Positions 7,758 through 15,450 of a stretch of 51,479 bases of DNA are shown one piece after another. Below the pieces are notes generated by a model, which saw only the letters and a list, made by a program, of their open reading frames with translations, was not told the DNA's origin and did no database searches. The stretch comes from Candidatus Omnitrophota bacterium (GTDB lineage Bacteria; Omnitrophota; Gorgyraeia; Gygaellales; Profunditerraquicolaceae): positions 1 through 51,479 of the forward strand of contig JALOQJ010000004.1 of the NCBI GenBank assembly GCA_025453445.1, in the 5' to 3' direction. The translations under genes were made by a program, and so were the position numbers. The first letter of the stretch is position 1. Each line of letters opens with the position of its first letter.

Positions 7758-10745
7758 TTAATACTCAGGATAAAAATTATTGTTAGATATTTCAAACCAG
7801 GAGCCGACTGCTGCGGCAATCGGCCCGCTGGCTGAGTCTTCTTTGGCGAAATTAGGTTCATAATTATAAAAACTACTGCCAATATAGCCGGAATATTGAG
7901 GAATATATCCGTGGCTATTATAGCCATAATGGTAACTGCTGTTATAGTCATAACCAGGACCTATCTGATAAACATATTGGCCAGCTTGATTTTTTATATA
8001 ATAGGCGAAAGGCACTGAAGCCCGGTATTTATCTTCTAATTGTATCAAGGAACCTGTAATCTGGCGTTTTTTAGCAACACCGTCTGCGCCTATCCACCGT
8101 TCTAAGATATACCCCTCTGGGTCATAAGGGCTGACCATGGCAGTATTATAAATTATATCTTTAAGCACTCTATTCGGCTGGGTTGCTTCTGTAGTTGAGT
8201 CATATTGCCCTTCGCCTATATTTAAAAGCACGCTCTGTGCGTCTCCCGCGCCCAGATTCTTTTTATCTAAAAGGTTAGTGATATCGGATACGCTCCAAGT
8301 GCGGTTATAACTGAGCCCATGGGCATCGCAATAGTCGCGATACTTTCTGCTTGAATCAAATTTAGCCAGAGCTTCATCAGTAATATGAGTATTGAGGTAA
8401 TTGTCTATGAAATAACTGCTCTGTAAAGAATACGGGTAGTCGCTTTCATTAGTATTCCAGTAATTATAGGATGAAATATCCGCAAGAGAATTTATAGCCT
8501 GATCTTTCTGAAAATTATCTGAAACCGTATAAATCATTCTTTGCGAACTGATTAAGGCAGCAGGGCGCCATTTGTAATCGGAGTTATTGCTTTGTTCCTG
8601 ATGTTGCGATTGATAATAATCATAAGCTTCGCTTTCTGCTGCTGTTTTGTTTTCTTTATCACGTTCATAATCAAGGTTAAAACTCCCCTGCACAATAATA
8701 TTATGCGGAGTAACTAAAGTCAGGCCGTTTTCCGGCAGGATGCCGCCGTTTTGTACCCGCACCGAGAAATCGTTATCAGTATCACTGGCATCAGTGCTTT
8801 CTACATAAATCACGCCGTTAAATGCCTGTTCGCTATCCTGAAGGTAATCCCTTAATTTTGCCACGTCGATATCTAATACTACAGTCGGATCAGCATTTTG
8901 TACTCGGGTAGCTTCATTCTGCGAATCGTAGACTCCCGGCTGGCGCACAGGGTTATAAAATGTGGTGGCAGTGACAATTTTGTTTTCGTTTAATTCTTTG
9001 GGGATATCCCATTTATAAGTGGAGATCTGTTGTGCCTGAAGTTCCTGATAAATAGAACTAATGAAAAGCCAAAATACATTCAAGAATTCTCCGCATATCG
9101 TGGAAGGCTGGGTAGGGGGGGGAGTGGGGCCGATAACCAGAATCAGGAGAGATGGGTCAGGGTAAGATGAGCTGGTGGGCGCGAATCCCCTTCGCCCCCC
9201 ACAATCATGCTGGGTTAACCAAGCAGATTGTACTTCGCTGTAGTTGTTCATAGTAAAAGTGATGGTTTCATCATGGAAGATCAATGTACGCGGCTGATTA
9301 AGCCAGGCTGTATAGGCGGCATTATAGTTTTTGGTAATAGCGATCCCGCCGTTTTCCGCCTGTTTTTTGTAATTGGTTTCTAATTTTATCGGCACAAGGT
9401 ATTGCCCGCCGTTTGAGCCATCCTTAATGATTGAGGAAAGCGATTTTGTTTCGCTTACGCCGGTATCAAATTTAGTAATAGATGCAGTTTTACCTTCCAG
9501 CCAGCTTTGCCATGCGCTTGTTTGTTCTTTGGTATTGAGATAATTTACGCTGATAGTCTCGCTTGCAGCACGGTCATTGCCATAGGTTAAATCCGACCAC
9601 CATTCATCGTTAATATAAGAAGGAGTATCTCCTAGCCAGCCGTGCCAAAACTTCTTAGCTAATTCGCCTGTAGTAGTAGTGCCCGCATACTCAGGATGGC
9701 TAGTCCACCAAGTATTCCAAAAGGCATCAAGATCCGCAGAAGCCTTAAAAGTCTCATATTCAGTTGTAGAAAGTATTGGGCCAAGAGAAGAAGTGGGGTT
9801 ATTATATTTAGAAACAAGCCAGCCCAAGGCATCATTAGAAACTTGGAAGGAAATTGCTTGTTCATCGCTTGCCTGGTCGCCGGCGTATTTGTCCCAAGAC
9901 CATTCCAGATCAAGCGTAGAAGGAATGGTTATTGTGTCAATTTTGGCAGCAGCGCTAGAACTGGTAAATTTTTTTGCCTTAGAATAAAAATCGCTACCGA
10001 TAGAATAATCATAAGGAGGCGAACTGGAACGGGAAAGAGATGCTATGCCGTCAATGATAGAGCCATCATAATTTTTTGGCGCGCCATACTGGGAATTGTA
10101 AAGTATAAAATACCCGTTATTCTGGGCATTGGCTGAACTTAACTCGATGATATTTTTAAAGGTTGGGTTTCCGGAAAGAATAATTTTTCCATTAACATGG
10201 ATTTTGCCATATCCCGCACCGTCATAAGTGCCGCCGCTAAAAGTATGGTCATTAGGAAAGAAATAAAAATAATCAAAAAGGGAATTTTTACTGACTCTCA
10301 ATTCTACGGTGCGGGTTACTTTTCCCTGCGGGTCAGTAGCGCGGGAGTGGATTACAATAACACCCGTGGGGATTTTAGTAGTTTTATTTAATTCAAGGTA
10401 AGTAATGACCTGAAAATGATGCCCGCTGATAGAATACAGTCCGTCATTATTGAAGCTGCCTCCGAATTGGGAAGTAATTCCTGAAGTGGGTTTCAGGGTA
10501 TTGTTGTCCCATGTATGCGTCTGCCAGTTATAGTCATTGTAGGCAAGTTCACCATAAGCATAATTAAGGCCTTCTTCAGCATTGTAGAAAGCCTGCATCA
10601 GGGCTCTTTCGCGGTTGGAGATATTCTTCTCTGCGCCATAACGGATAAAAGAAGCGCTGGTAATAATGCTTAAGAAAAGCAATATCCCCAAGGCAATCAA
10701 TAAGGCGATACCGTGATTATTTTGAAATGTAGTATTTTTCATCAC
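7758..10745 (-). CDS. Giant PilX/GspK-like pilus-tip protein, paralog 3 (995 aa, carries a GC-rich in-frame insertion)
   Basis: It has the same N-terminal helix as paralog 2, and the first ~60 aa are nearly identical. An insertion of about 40 aa (CGGRRGFAPTSSSYPDPSLLILVIGPTPPPTQPSTICGEFLNVFWLF) is absent from paralogs 1 and 2. Confidence 0.55.
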   Translation of the reverse strand: MMKNTTFQNNHGIALLIALGILLFLSIITSASFIRYGAEKNISNRERALMQAFYNAEEGLNYAYGELAYNDYNWQTHTWDNNTLKPTSGITSQFGGSFNNDGLYSISGHHFQVITYLELNKTTKIPTGVIVIHSRATDPQGKVTRTVELRVSKNSLFDYFYFFPNDHTFSGGTYDGAGYGKIHVNGKIILSGNPTFKNIIELSSANAQNNGYFILYNSQYGAPKNYDGSIIDGIASLSRSSSPPYDYSIGSDFYSKAKKFTSSSAAAKIDTITIPSTLDLEWSWDKYAGDQASDEQAISFQVSNDALGWLVSKYNNPTSSLGPILSTTEYETFKASADLDAFWNTWWTSHPEYAGTTTTGELAKKFWHGWLGDTPSYINDEWWSDLTYGNDRAASETISVNYLNTKEQTSAWQSWLEGKTASITKFDTGVSETKSLSSIIKDGSNGGQYLVPIKLETNYKKQAENGGIAITKNYNAAYTAWLNQPRTLIFHDETITFTMNNYSEVQSAWLTQHDCGGRRGFAPTSSSYPDPSLLILVIGPTPPPTQPSTICGEFLNVFWLFISSIYQELQAQQISTYKWDIPKELNENKIVTATTFYNPVRQPGVYDSQNEATRVQNADPTVVLDIDVAKLRDYLQDSEQAFNGVIYVESTDASDTDNDFSVRVQNGGILPENGLTLVTPHNIIVQGSFNLDYERDKENKTAAESEAYDYYQSQHQEQSNNSDYKWRPAALISSQRMIYTVSDNFQKDQAINSLADISSYNYWNTNESDYPYSLQSSYFIDNYLNTHITDEALAKFDSSRKYRDYCDAHGLSYNRTWSVSDITNLLDKKNLGAGDAQSVLLNIGEGQYDSTTEATQPNRVLKDIIYNTAMVSPYDPEGYILERWIGADGVAKKRQITGSLIQLEDKYRASVPFAYYIKNQAGQYVYQIGPGYDYNSSYHYGYNSHGYIPQYSGYIGSSFYNYEPNFAKEDSASGPIAAAVGSWFEISNNNFYPEY

Positions 10746-10751
10746 TTCACC

Positions 10752-11360
10752 CTAATTTCTTAGCCAGATCCGGGACTTTAAAAGCATGTCCGTTTCAGTA
10801 CCTTTAATGATATTTCTCTTTGTTAAAATAATCTCTAAAGAGCTGGGCGTATAAGTATTGTTAGGTAAGCCGTTAAATTCTATAGCTGCAACGCGATTAG
10901 CTAAAACTGCGCTGGAGATTTTTGTAATTTTATCACCTGTTAGGACCAGTCTTTTTAACTGGCCGCTAGTTTCACCTTGAGGTATAACAAGCTGGTAGCT
11001 AACCCAATAGCCTTGTGTCCCTTCTGCGCCCCAAACCAGTTGGCCTCCGGTATCAACTTGCACCTGTTGTTGAGAATATACCGGCATCTGGAAAATAATC
11101 CTTGTCCCGGAATAAGCCTGAATTCCGGAATCATTCAAGACCTGCAGATGATACGCGCTGCTTAAGCGCAATTCTTTGGACATCATTTCCATTGCCCTTC
11201 TTGTTTCCTGCTGGGTCTGGGTTTTTGCTTCTCCTATCTGCCATGAAGATACACCGGTCATAAAAACACTAAAAATAGCTACAGATATTACAGCCAGGAT
11301 AGACGTTGTAATTAATACTTCTGCGAGAGTAAAGCCATTTTTAAAATTCCGGCAGTTCAT
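10752..11360 (-). CDS. PilW/GspJ-like minor (pseudo)pilin
   Basis: Prepilin motif NGFTLAEVLITTSILAV followed by QQETRRAMEMMSKELRLS. It is a paralog of 3783-4400. Confidence 0.7.
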   Translation of the reverse strand: MNCRNFKNGFTLAEVLITTSILAVISVAIFSVFMTGVSSWQIGEAKTQTQQETRRAMEMMSKELRLSSAYHLQVLNDSGIQAYSGTRIIFQMPVYSQQQVQVDTGGQLVWGAEGTQGYWVSYQLVIPQGETSGQLKRLVLTGDKITKISSAVLANRVAAIEFNGLPNNTYTPSSLEIILTKRNIIKGTETDMLLKSRIWLRN

Positions 11361-11361
11361 T

Positions 11362-11874
11362 TTATTGCTCCATATTAATCAAATCAGCCTGAATAGATGC
11401 CGGGGAATCAAGTTCGGAATTACTGGTTTTATCTTCTCCGGAGTCAAGCGCGCCGTTTAAATTCGTATCTTCTCCGATTACCTGATTCTGACTGTTTTTC
11501 CAGCTAACCACTACTTTGACCCTGAACATCTTTAGCGGAAGGCCTGTGATTTCTTTTACGTAAGAGACGCCTTTAAAGTTTGTCAGCGCTGTAGTTTTAT
11601 TATTGCCGTAAACATCAAAAGTCAGGCCGTTATAATATTGTGCTAAATTATTAAAGTCGATTTTTGTGGTTTCTGTTGCATCCTGAGGATTAACCCGTGA
11701 CTTGATTTTTTCAAAACGTTCCTGAGCAGCATTCATTGCTAAGCTGAGATTGCGGGTTCCTTGTAGCTCTTTGAGGTACTGAGAATTGAACATTAGGATC
11801 CCGGTCAGGGCAGTGCTGAGTATAGCCGCAGAAATCAGGATTTCTACTAAGGTTAAGCCTTTATTTTTCAGCAT
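11362..11874 (-). CDS. PilV/GspI-like minor (pseudo)pilin with a C-terminal acidic Asp/Asn/Gly loop
   Basis: Prepilin motif NKGLTLVEILISAAIL. It is a paralog of 4405-4851 with an extra GEDTNLNGALDSGEDKTSNSELD segment. An RBS (ggagg on the minus strand) lies ~9 nt before the ATG. Confidence 0.7.
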   Translation of the reverse strand: MLKNKGLTLVEILISAAILSTALTGILMFNSQYLKELQGTRNLSLAMNAAQERFEKIKSRVNPQDATETTKIDFNNLAQYYNGLTFDVYGNNKTTALTNFKGVSYVKEITGLPLKMFRVKVVVSWKNSQNQVIGEDTNLNGALDSGEDKTSNSELDSPASIQADLINMEQ

Positions 11875-11897
11875 GTTAGTATAGCCTCCTATATAAA

Positions 11898-11926
11898 AGT
11901 ATAGCCTATTTTGGGGGTAAAAACAA
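11898..11926 (-). promoter_or_regulatory. Possible sigma70-type promoter of the pilus-tip operon
   Basis: On the minus strand, TTGTTT-17 nt-TATACT. The 9-mer AGGCTATAC occurs twice 20 nt apart (plus-strand GTATAGCCT at 11879-11887 and 11899-11907), overlapping the -10 element and the RBS. Confidence 0.3.
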
Positions 11927-11927
11927 A

Positions 11928-13343
11928 CTAGAAGCGGCTTTGCGCCTGCTTTTTTAACTCCGCGACAAACTTCAGGAATTGCTCCTGTTTTGCCTGTTCA
12001 AGCAGCTTTTGGCTGAATTCGGCTTTTTCAGCCTCAAATTTTTTCTTATCAAATGATGATTTTGTTTTTACCTTAATAATATAAAAACCGGAGGGCATTT
12101 CGATAATCTCGCTGAATTCGCCTTCTTTAAGTTTTGAGGCAGCAGCCCAGAATTGATCTGAAGCGCCGATGTTTTCAATATAGCTGCTATATTTAAATTT
12201 ATCGGTTGCCCCGTATTTCAGGCTGAAAATTTTGGCGGTTTTTTCAAAATCAACTCCTTTGAGATTAGCTGCGCTGAATTCTTTAAGCGCCTTCAGGCAG
12301 TTCTCCATTTTTTCTTTAGCAATGACTTGCGCCCTATCTTTGAGCAGGGCGTCTTTGGCCTTATCTTTAATGGCATTAAAATCAGGTATGTAGGGTTCTT
12401 TTCTTTCCTTGAGGCGCAGGATATAATAAGATTTATCAAGGGCAAGAGGAGGAAGGTACTGCTCGGGTTTTGCCTCGATAATCAGCTTAAGTACTTCCGG
12501 CGACCAGCCGAGGCCGGGCACAGGCCCTGCTTCGCTAAAAATGCCGGTTTCTTTTAAGGTGAGATTATTTTCTTTGGCAACTTTTTCAAAAGGTTCTTTC
12601 CTGAGCAGCCGAGAGTAGATTTTTTTGACCTGATCCTGGAGAGCGATTTCTACATATTCGACATTAAAAGATAACGGTTGCTTGAATTTTAAGGAATTTT
12701 TGCTGAAGTAACTGTTTAATTCTTTATCGTCGATTATGCTGTCTTTGGTGAAATCAGCGGCAAGGCCGGCAATATAATAGATACTGGTTTCTTCATTAGC
12801 TTTTTTATATTCCTCGAGGATATCCGCATCTTTTAAACTGACGCCGGAAGTAACCTGCTGGAAAAGCTTGGCGAGCATCAGGTTTTGACGCGTCTGCTCT
12901 TCGAATACGCGGGCCTGAACGCGGAAAACATAAGTGAGCATCTGAGCATAAATACGCTTGTCAAATGTGCCCATTGATTGGAAAAAGGGGTAACTTTCGA
13001 TTGAAGTAACTACTTCGTTATCACTCGTTTTAATTTTACGTTTTTGCGCTTCTTTCAGGATTACCAGCCTGTCCCATGCTTGTGCAGGTAAGTCGAGCGA
13101 TTTTTCAACTTCTGAAAATTTGTCTCCGAATTGGATCAGCGCGCGGTTTTTTACCGCATCCAGCGATTCCTGAAACTCTTGAATAGGAATCTTCTCACCG
13201 TTAATTTCCCCTGCAAATTTTGCCTCTTGTTTATTACTGACCATACTGCCGGAACCCCAGAGCACGAATGCCGGCAGGATCAAAATAGCCAGAACAATCC
13301 AAATTTTTTTTGCGGTTTCTTTCTTACGCAGTACTTTAAGCAT
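11928..13343 (-). CDS. PpiD/SurA-like periplasmic chaperone / peptidyl-prolyl isomerase
   Basis: N-terminal membrane anchor (KIWIVLAILILPAFVLWG), a SurA_N-like region, and a C-terminal parvulin-like segment (SGFYIIKVK). Confidence 0.65.
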   Translation of the reverse strand: MLKVLRKKETAKKIWIVLAILILPAFVLWGSGSMVSNKQEAKFAGEINGEKIPIQEFQESLDAVKNRALIQFGDKFSEVEKSLDLPAQAWDRLVILKEAQKRKIKTSDNEVVTSIESYPFFQSMGTFDKRIYAQMLTYVFRVQARVFEEQTRQNLMLAKLFQQVTSGVSLKDADILEEYKKANEETSIYYIAGLAADFTKDSIIDDKELNSYFSKNSLKFKQPLSFNVEYVEIALQDQVKKIYSRLLRKEPFEKVAKENNLTLKETGIFSEAGPVPGLGWSPEVLKLIIEAKPEQYLPPLALDKSYYILRLKERKEPYIPDFNAIKDKAKDALLKDRAQVIAKEKMENCLKALKEFSAANLKGVDFEKTAKIFSLKYGATDKFKYSSYIENIGASDQFWAAASKLKEGEFSEIIEMPSGFYIIKVKTKSSFDKKKFEAEKAEFSQKLLEQAKQEQFLKFVAELKKQAQSRF

Positions 13344-13390
13344 AATTTTCCTCCTAGTATTAAGGACTTATTATACTACTTTTTTTTTAC

Positions 13391-13419
13391 TTTACAAATT
13401 ATGATTGGGGCTGTATAAT
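13391..13419 (+). promoter_or_regulatory. Sigma70-type promoter of hisG (near-leaderless)
   Basis: TTTACA (13391-13396), a 17-nt spacer, then TATAAT (13414-13419). The ATG at 13428 is only 8 nt after the -10 element and there is no SD. Confidence 0.55.
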
Positions 13420-13427
13420 TAACCACT

Positions 13428-14312
13428 ATGAAAAATAAACTCTTAAAATTAGGTTTACCCAAAGGCAGCCTGCAGGAAGCAACCTTTAAGATGTTCCGCA
13501 AGGCTGGTTTTAATGTCGGGCTTCCTTCGGAACGCTCGTATTTTCCTTCGATTGACGACGCTGAGATTGAGCCGGTTTTGTTACGCGCGCAGGAAATGTC
13601 GCGTTATGTTAGCGACGGAGCATTGGATTGCGGTATCACCGGCAATGACTGGATCCTGGAGAATAAGTCTGATGTGGTGCGTGTCTGCAACCTGGCTTAT
13701 GCCAAACAAAGCCTAAGCAAGGTCAGGTGGGTTTTGGCTGTGCCTGAGGCAAGCGGAATTAAATCAGTCAAAGACCTAAAAGGCAAACGTGTTGCTACGG
13801 AACTGGTAAATGTCGCAAAGGAGTATTTTAAGAAGAATAAAGTTGATGTGGATGTGGAATTCAGCTGGGGGGCAACTGAGGTAAAAGTAAGTTCAGGCCT
13901 TGTAGATGCAATTGTGGAATTAACCGAAACCGGAAGAAGCCTGAAAGCCAATAAACTCGTCGAGATTGCTACGCTTTGTGAGTCTACCACTCAGTTTATC
14001 GCCAATAAAAAATCCTATCAGGACTGTTGGAAAAAAGAAAAAATGGCCGAGATAGCGGTTTTGTTAAATGGCGCTATCGCCGCCGAAGCAAAAGTCGGTT
14101 TAAAGATGAACGTAAAAAAAACAGACTTAAAAAAAGTGCTTGCCTGTTTGCCGGCGCTGAAAGAACCGACAGTCTCTAATCTTTCTGCGGACGGTTGGTA
14201 TGCGGTTGAGACCGTCATTGATGAAAAAATCGTACGGATTTTAATTCCGGGGTTAAAACGTGCCGGCGCAGCAGGAATTATCGAATATCCGTTAAATAAA
14301 GTTATTTTTTAG
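13428..14312 (+). CDS. hisG: ATP phosphoribosyltransferase (long form)
   Basis: [23 protein letters not shown] at the N-terminus is typical of HisG. At 294 aa it includes the C-terminal regulatory domain. Confidence 0.9.
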   Translation: MKNKLLKLGLPKGSLQEATFKMFRKAGFNVGLPSERSYFPSIDDAEIEPVLLRAQEMSRYVSDGALDCGITGNDWILENKSDVVRVCNLAYAKQSLSKVRWVLAVPEASGIKSVKDLKGKRVATELVNVAKEYFKKNKVDVDVEFSWGATEVKVSSGLVDAIVELTETGRSLKANKLVEIATLCESTTQFIANKKSYQDCWKKEKMAEIAVLLNGAIAAEAKVGLKMNVKKTDLKKVLACLPALKEPTVSNLSADGWYAVETVIDEKIVRILIPGLKRAGAAGIIEYPLNKVIF

Positions 14313-14321
14313 GGAGGGAAG

Positions 14322-14423
14322 ATGCCCTGCGGTAAGAAAAGAAAAAGACAGAAGATTAGGACCCACAAAAGAAAAAAGATGCGCCGCCGCCTGCGCCACA
14401 TCAAGAAGAGAGCTTGGGCTTAG
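14322..14423 (+). CDS. 33-aa highly basic peptide, bS22 / mS38 (AURKAIP1/COX24)-like ribosomal protein candidate
   Basis: This ORF is not in the ORF track because it is under 60 aa. It encodes MPCGKKRKRQKIRTHKRKKMRRRLRHIKKRAWA. A strong RBS (agggaggg) ends 3 nt (gaa) before the ATG. Confidence 0.55.
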   Translation: MPCGKKRKRQKIRTHKRKKMRRRLRHIKKRAWA

Positions 14424-14460
14424 GCTTTTCAAGGCGTATCAATTATCCGTAATCATACCG

Positions 14461-15450
14461 ATGTTTTTTAATCTAGGGAGATTCATTCGGCTTGGGGTAT
14501 TTTGCGCCCTGGTTATTTTAAGTGTCAGTGCTCAGGCAAGTGCTTTTGATAAAAAAGTATCACAGATATTAAGCCATTATATTATGGCGGTGATGTATGA
14601 TAATCTGGGACAGCTTGATTCTGCCATAGACGAATATAATAAGGCGCTAAAGGTTGATTTTAAAAATCCGTCAATCCATCTGAATTTAGCCTCTTGTTAT
14701 ATAAAAAAGAATCAGATTAGCAAGGCAGTGGATGAGTTGGGCTTGGCGGTAAATTTTGATCCTGAGGCAGTGGAGCCGCATGCTATACTCGGCCTGCTCT
14801 ATTCTCTGCAGGATAAGCCAGAAGAAGCAAACCGCGAATATGAAATTGCCCTGAAGAATGCCTCTAGGCTTGAACCTAAAAATATAGAAATTTACAAGAG
14901 CCTCGGCGCGGTATACCTGCGCCAAAATAAGCTGAAAGATGCGGAGAGCGTCTACCGCCTGATCATTGATTTATCGCCTGATGACGCTGAGGCACATTTT
15001 TATCTGGGTAGCATCTATTACGACGGGCAAAAAAAAGATCCTGCGGAAAAAGAACTGAAAAAGGCTCTTGCGATTAAGCCTGATTACCATGAAGCGCTGA
15101 ATTATCTGGGGTATGTCTATATAGAAGAGAGCAGGAACCTCGATGAAGCAGAGGTAATGATAAAAAAGGCTTTAGAATTACAACCGGATAACGGGGCTTA
15201 TATTGATAGTTTGGGCTGGCTTTATTTTAAAAAAGGTAAATTTACAGAAGCAAAAATTGAGTTGGATAAGGCAGCAGGTTTAATAGACGATCCGATTATT
15301 TTTGATCATTTAGGCGAGGTTTGTTATAAGCTTGGCGATAAGGAAAACGCGCAAGCTTACTGGGAAAAATCCCTGCAATTAGAGCCGGCTCAAAACAGCA
15401 TCAAAGAAAAAATAGAAAGCTTAAATTCGGTTAAAAATGCCATCCGCTGA
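14461..15450 (+). CDS. TPR-repeat protein with N-terminal signal/anchor
   Basis: Multiple 34-aa TPR-like repeats (e.g. AIDEYNKALKVDFKNPSIHLNLASCY, AEAHFYLGSIYY) follow a hydrophobic N-terminus. Confidence 0.8.
   Translation: MFFNLGRFIRLGVFCALVILSVSAQASAFDKKVSQILSHYIMAVMYDNLGQLDSAIDEYNKALKVDFKNPSIHLNLASCYIKKNQISKAVDELGLAVNFDPEAVEPHAILGLLYSLQDKPEEANREYEIALKNASRLEPKNIEIYKSLGAVYLRQNKLKDAESVYRLIIDLSPDDAEAHFYLGSIYYDGQKKDPAEKELKKALAIKPDYHEALNYLGYVYIEESRNLDEAEVMIKKALELQPDNGAYIDSLGWLYFKKGKFTEAKIELDKAAGLIDDPIIFDHLGEVCYKLGDKENAQAYWEKSLQLEPAQNSIKEKIESLNSVKNAIR

Larger units (their letters stand above)
4873..10745 (-). repeat. Tandem ~2.9-kb gene duplication (paralogs 2 and 3) with near-identical terminal blocks
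   Basis: 4880-4946 and 7765-7831 differ at 1 of 67 nt. 7646-7731 and 10633-10718 are identical over 86 nt (read by eye). The central parts are much more divergent. Confidence 0.85.

Noticed and set aside
9679-10136. Plus-strand ORFs of 102 and 146 aa (and others such as 956-1144, 4429-4876, 10197-10391 and 10977-11460) lying antisense to the pilus-tip genes
   Set aside because: They lie entirely inside long minus-strand ORFs whose frames are supported by three-way paralog conservation. They have low-complexity or odd composition and no RBS. They are typical shadow ORFs.
764-10745. Diversity-generating retroelement as the source of variable patches in the giant proteins
   Set aside because: There is no reverse transcriptase ORF. 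I found no template repeat with adenine-specific mismatches. The differences between paralogs involve indels and all base types.
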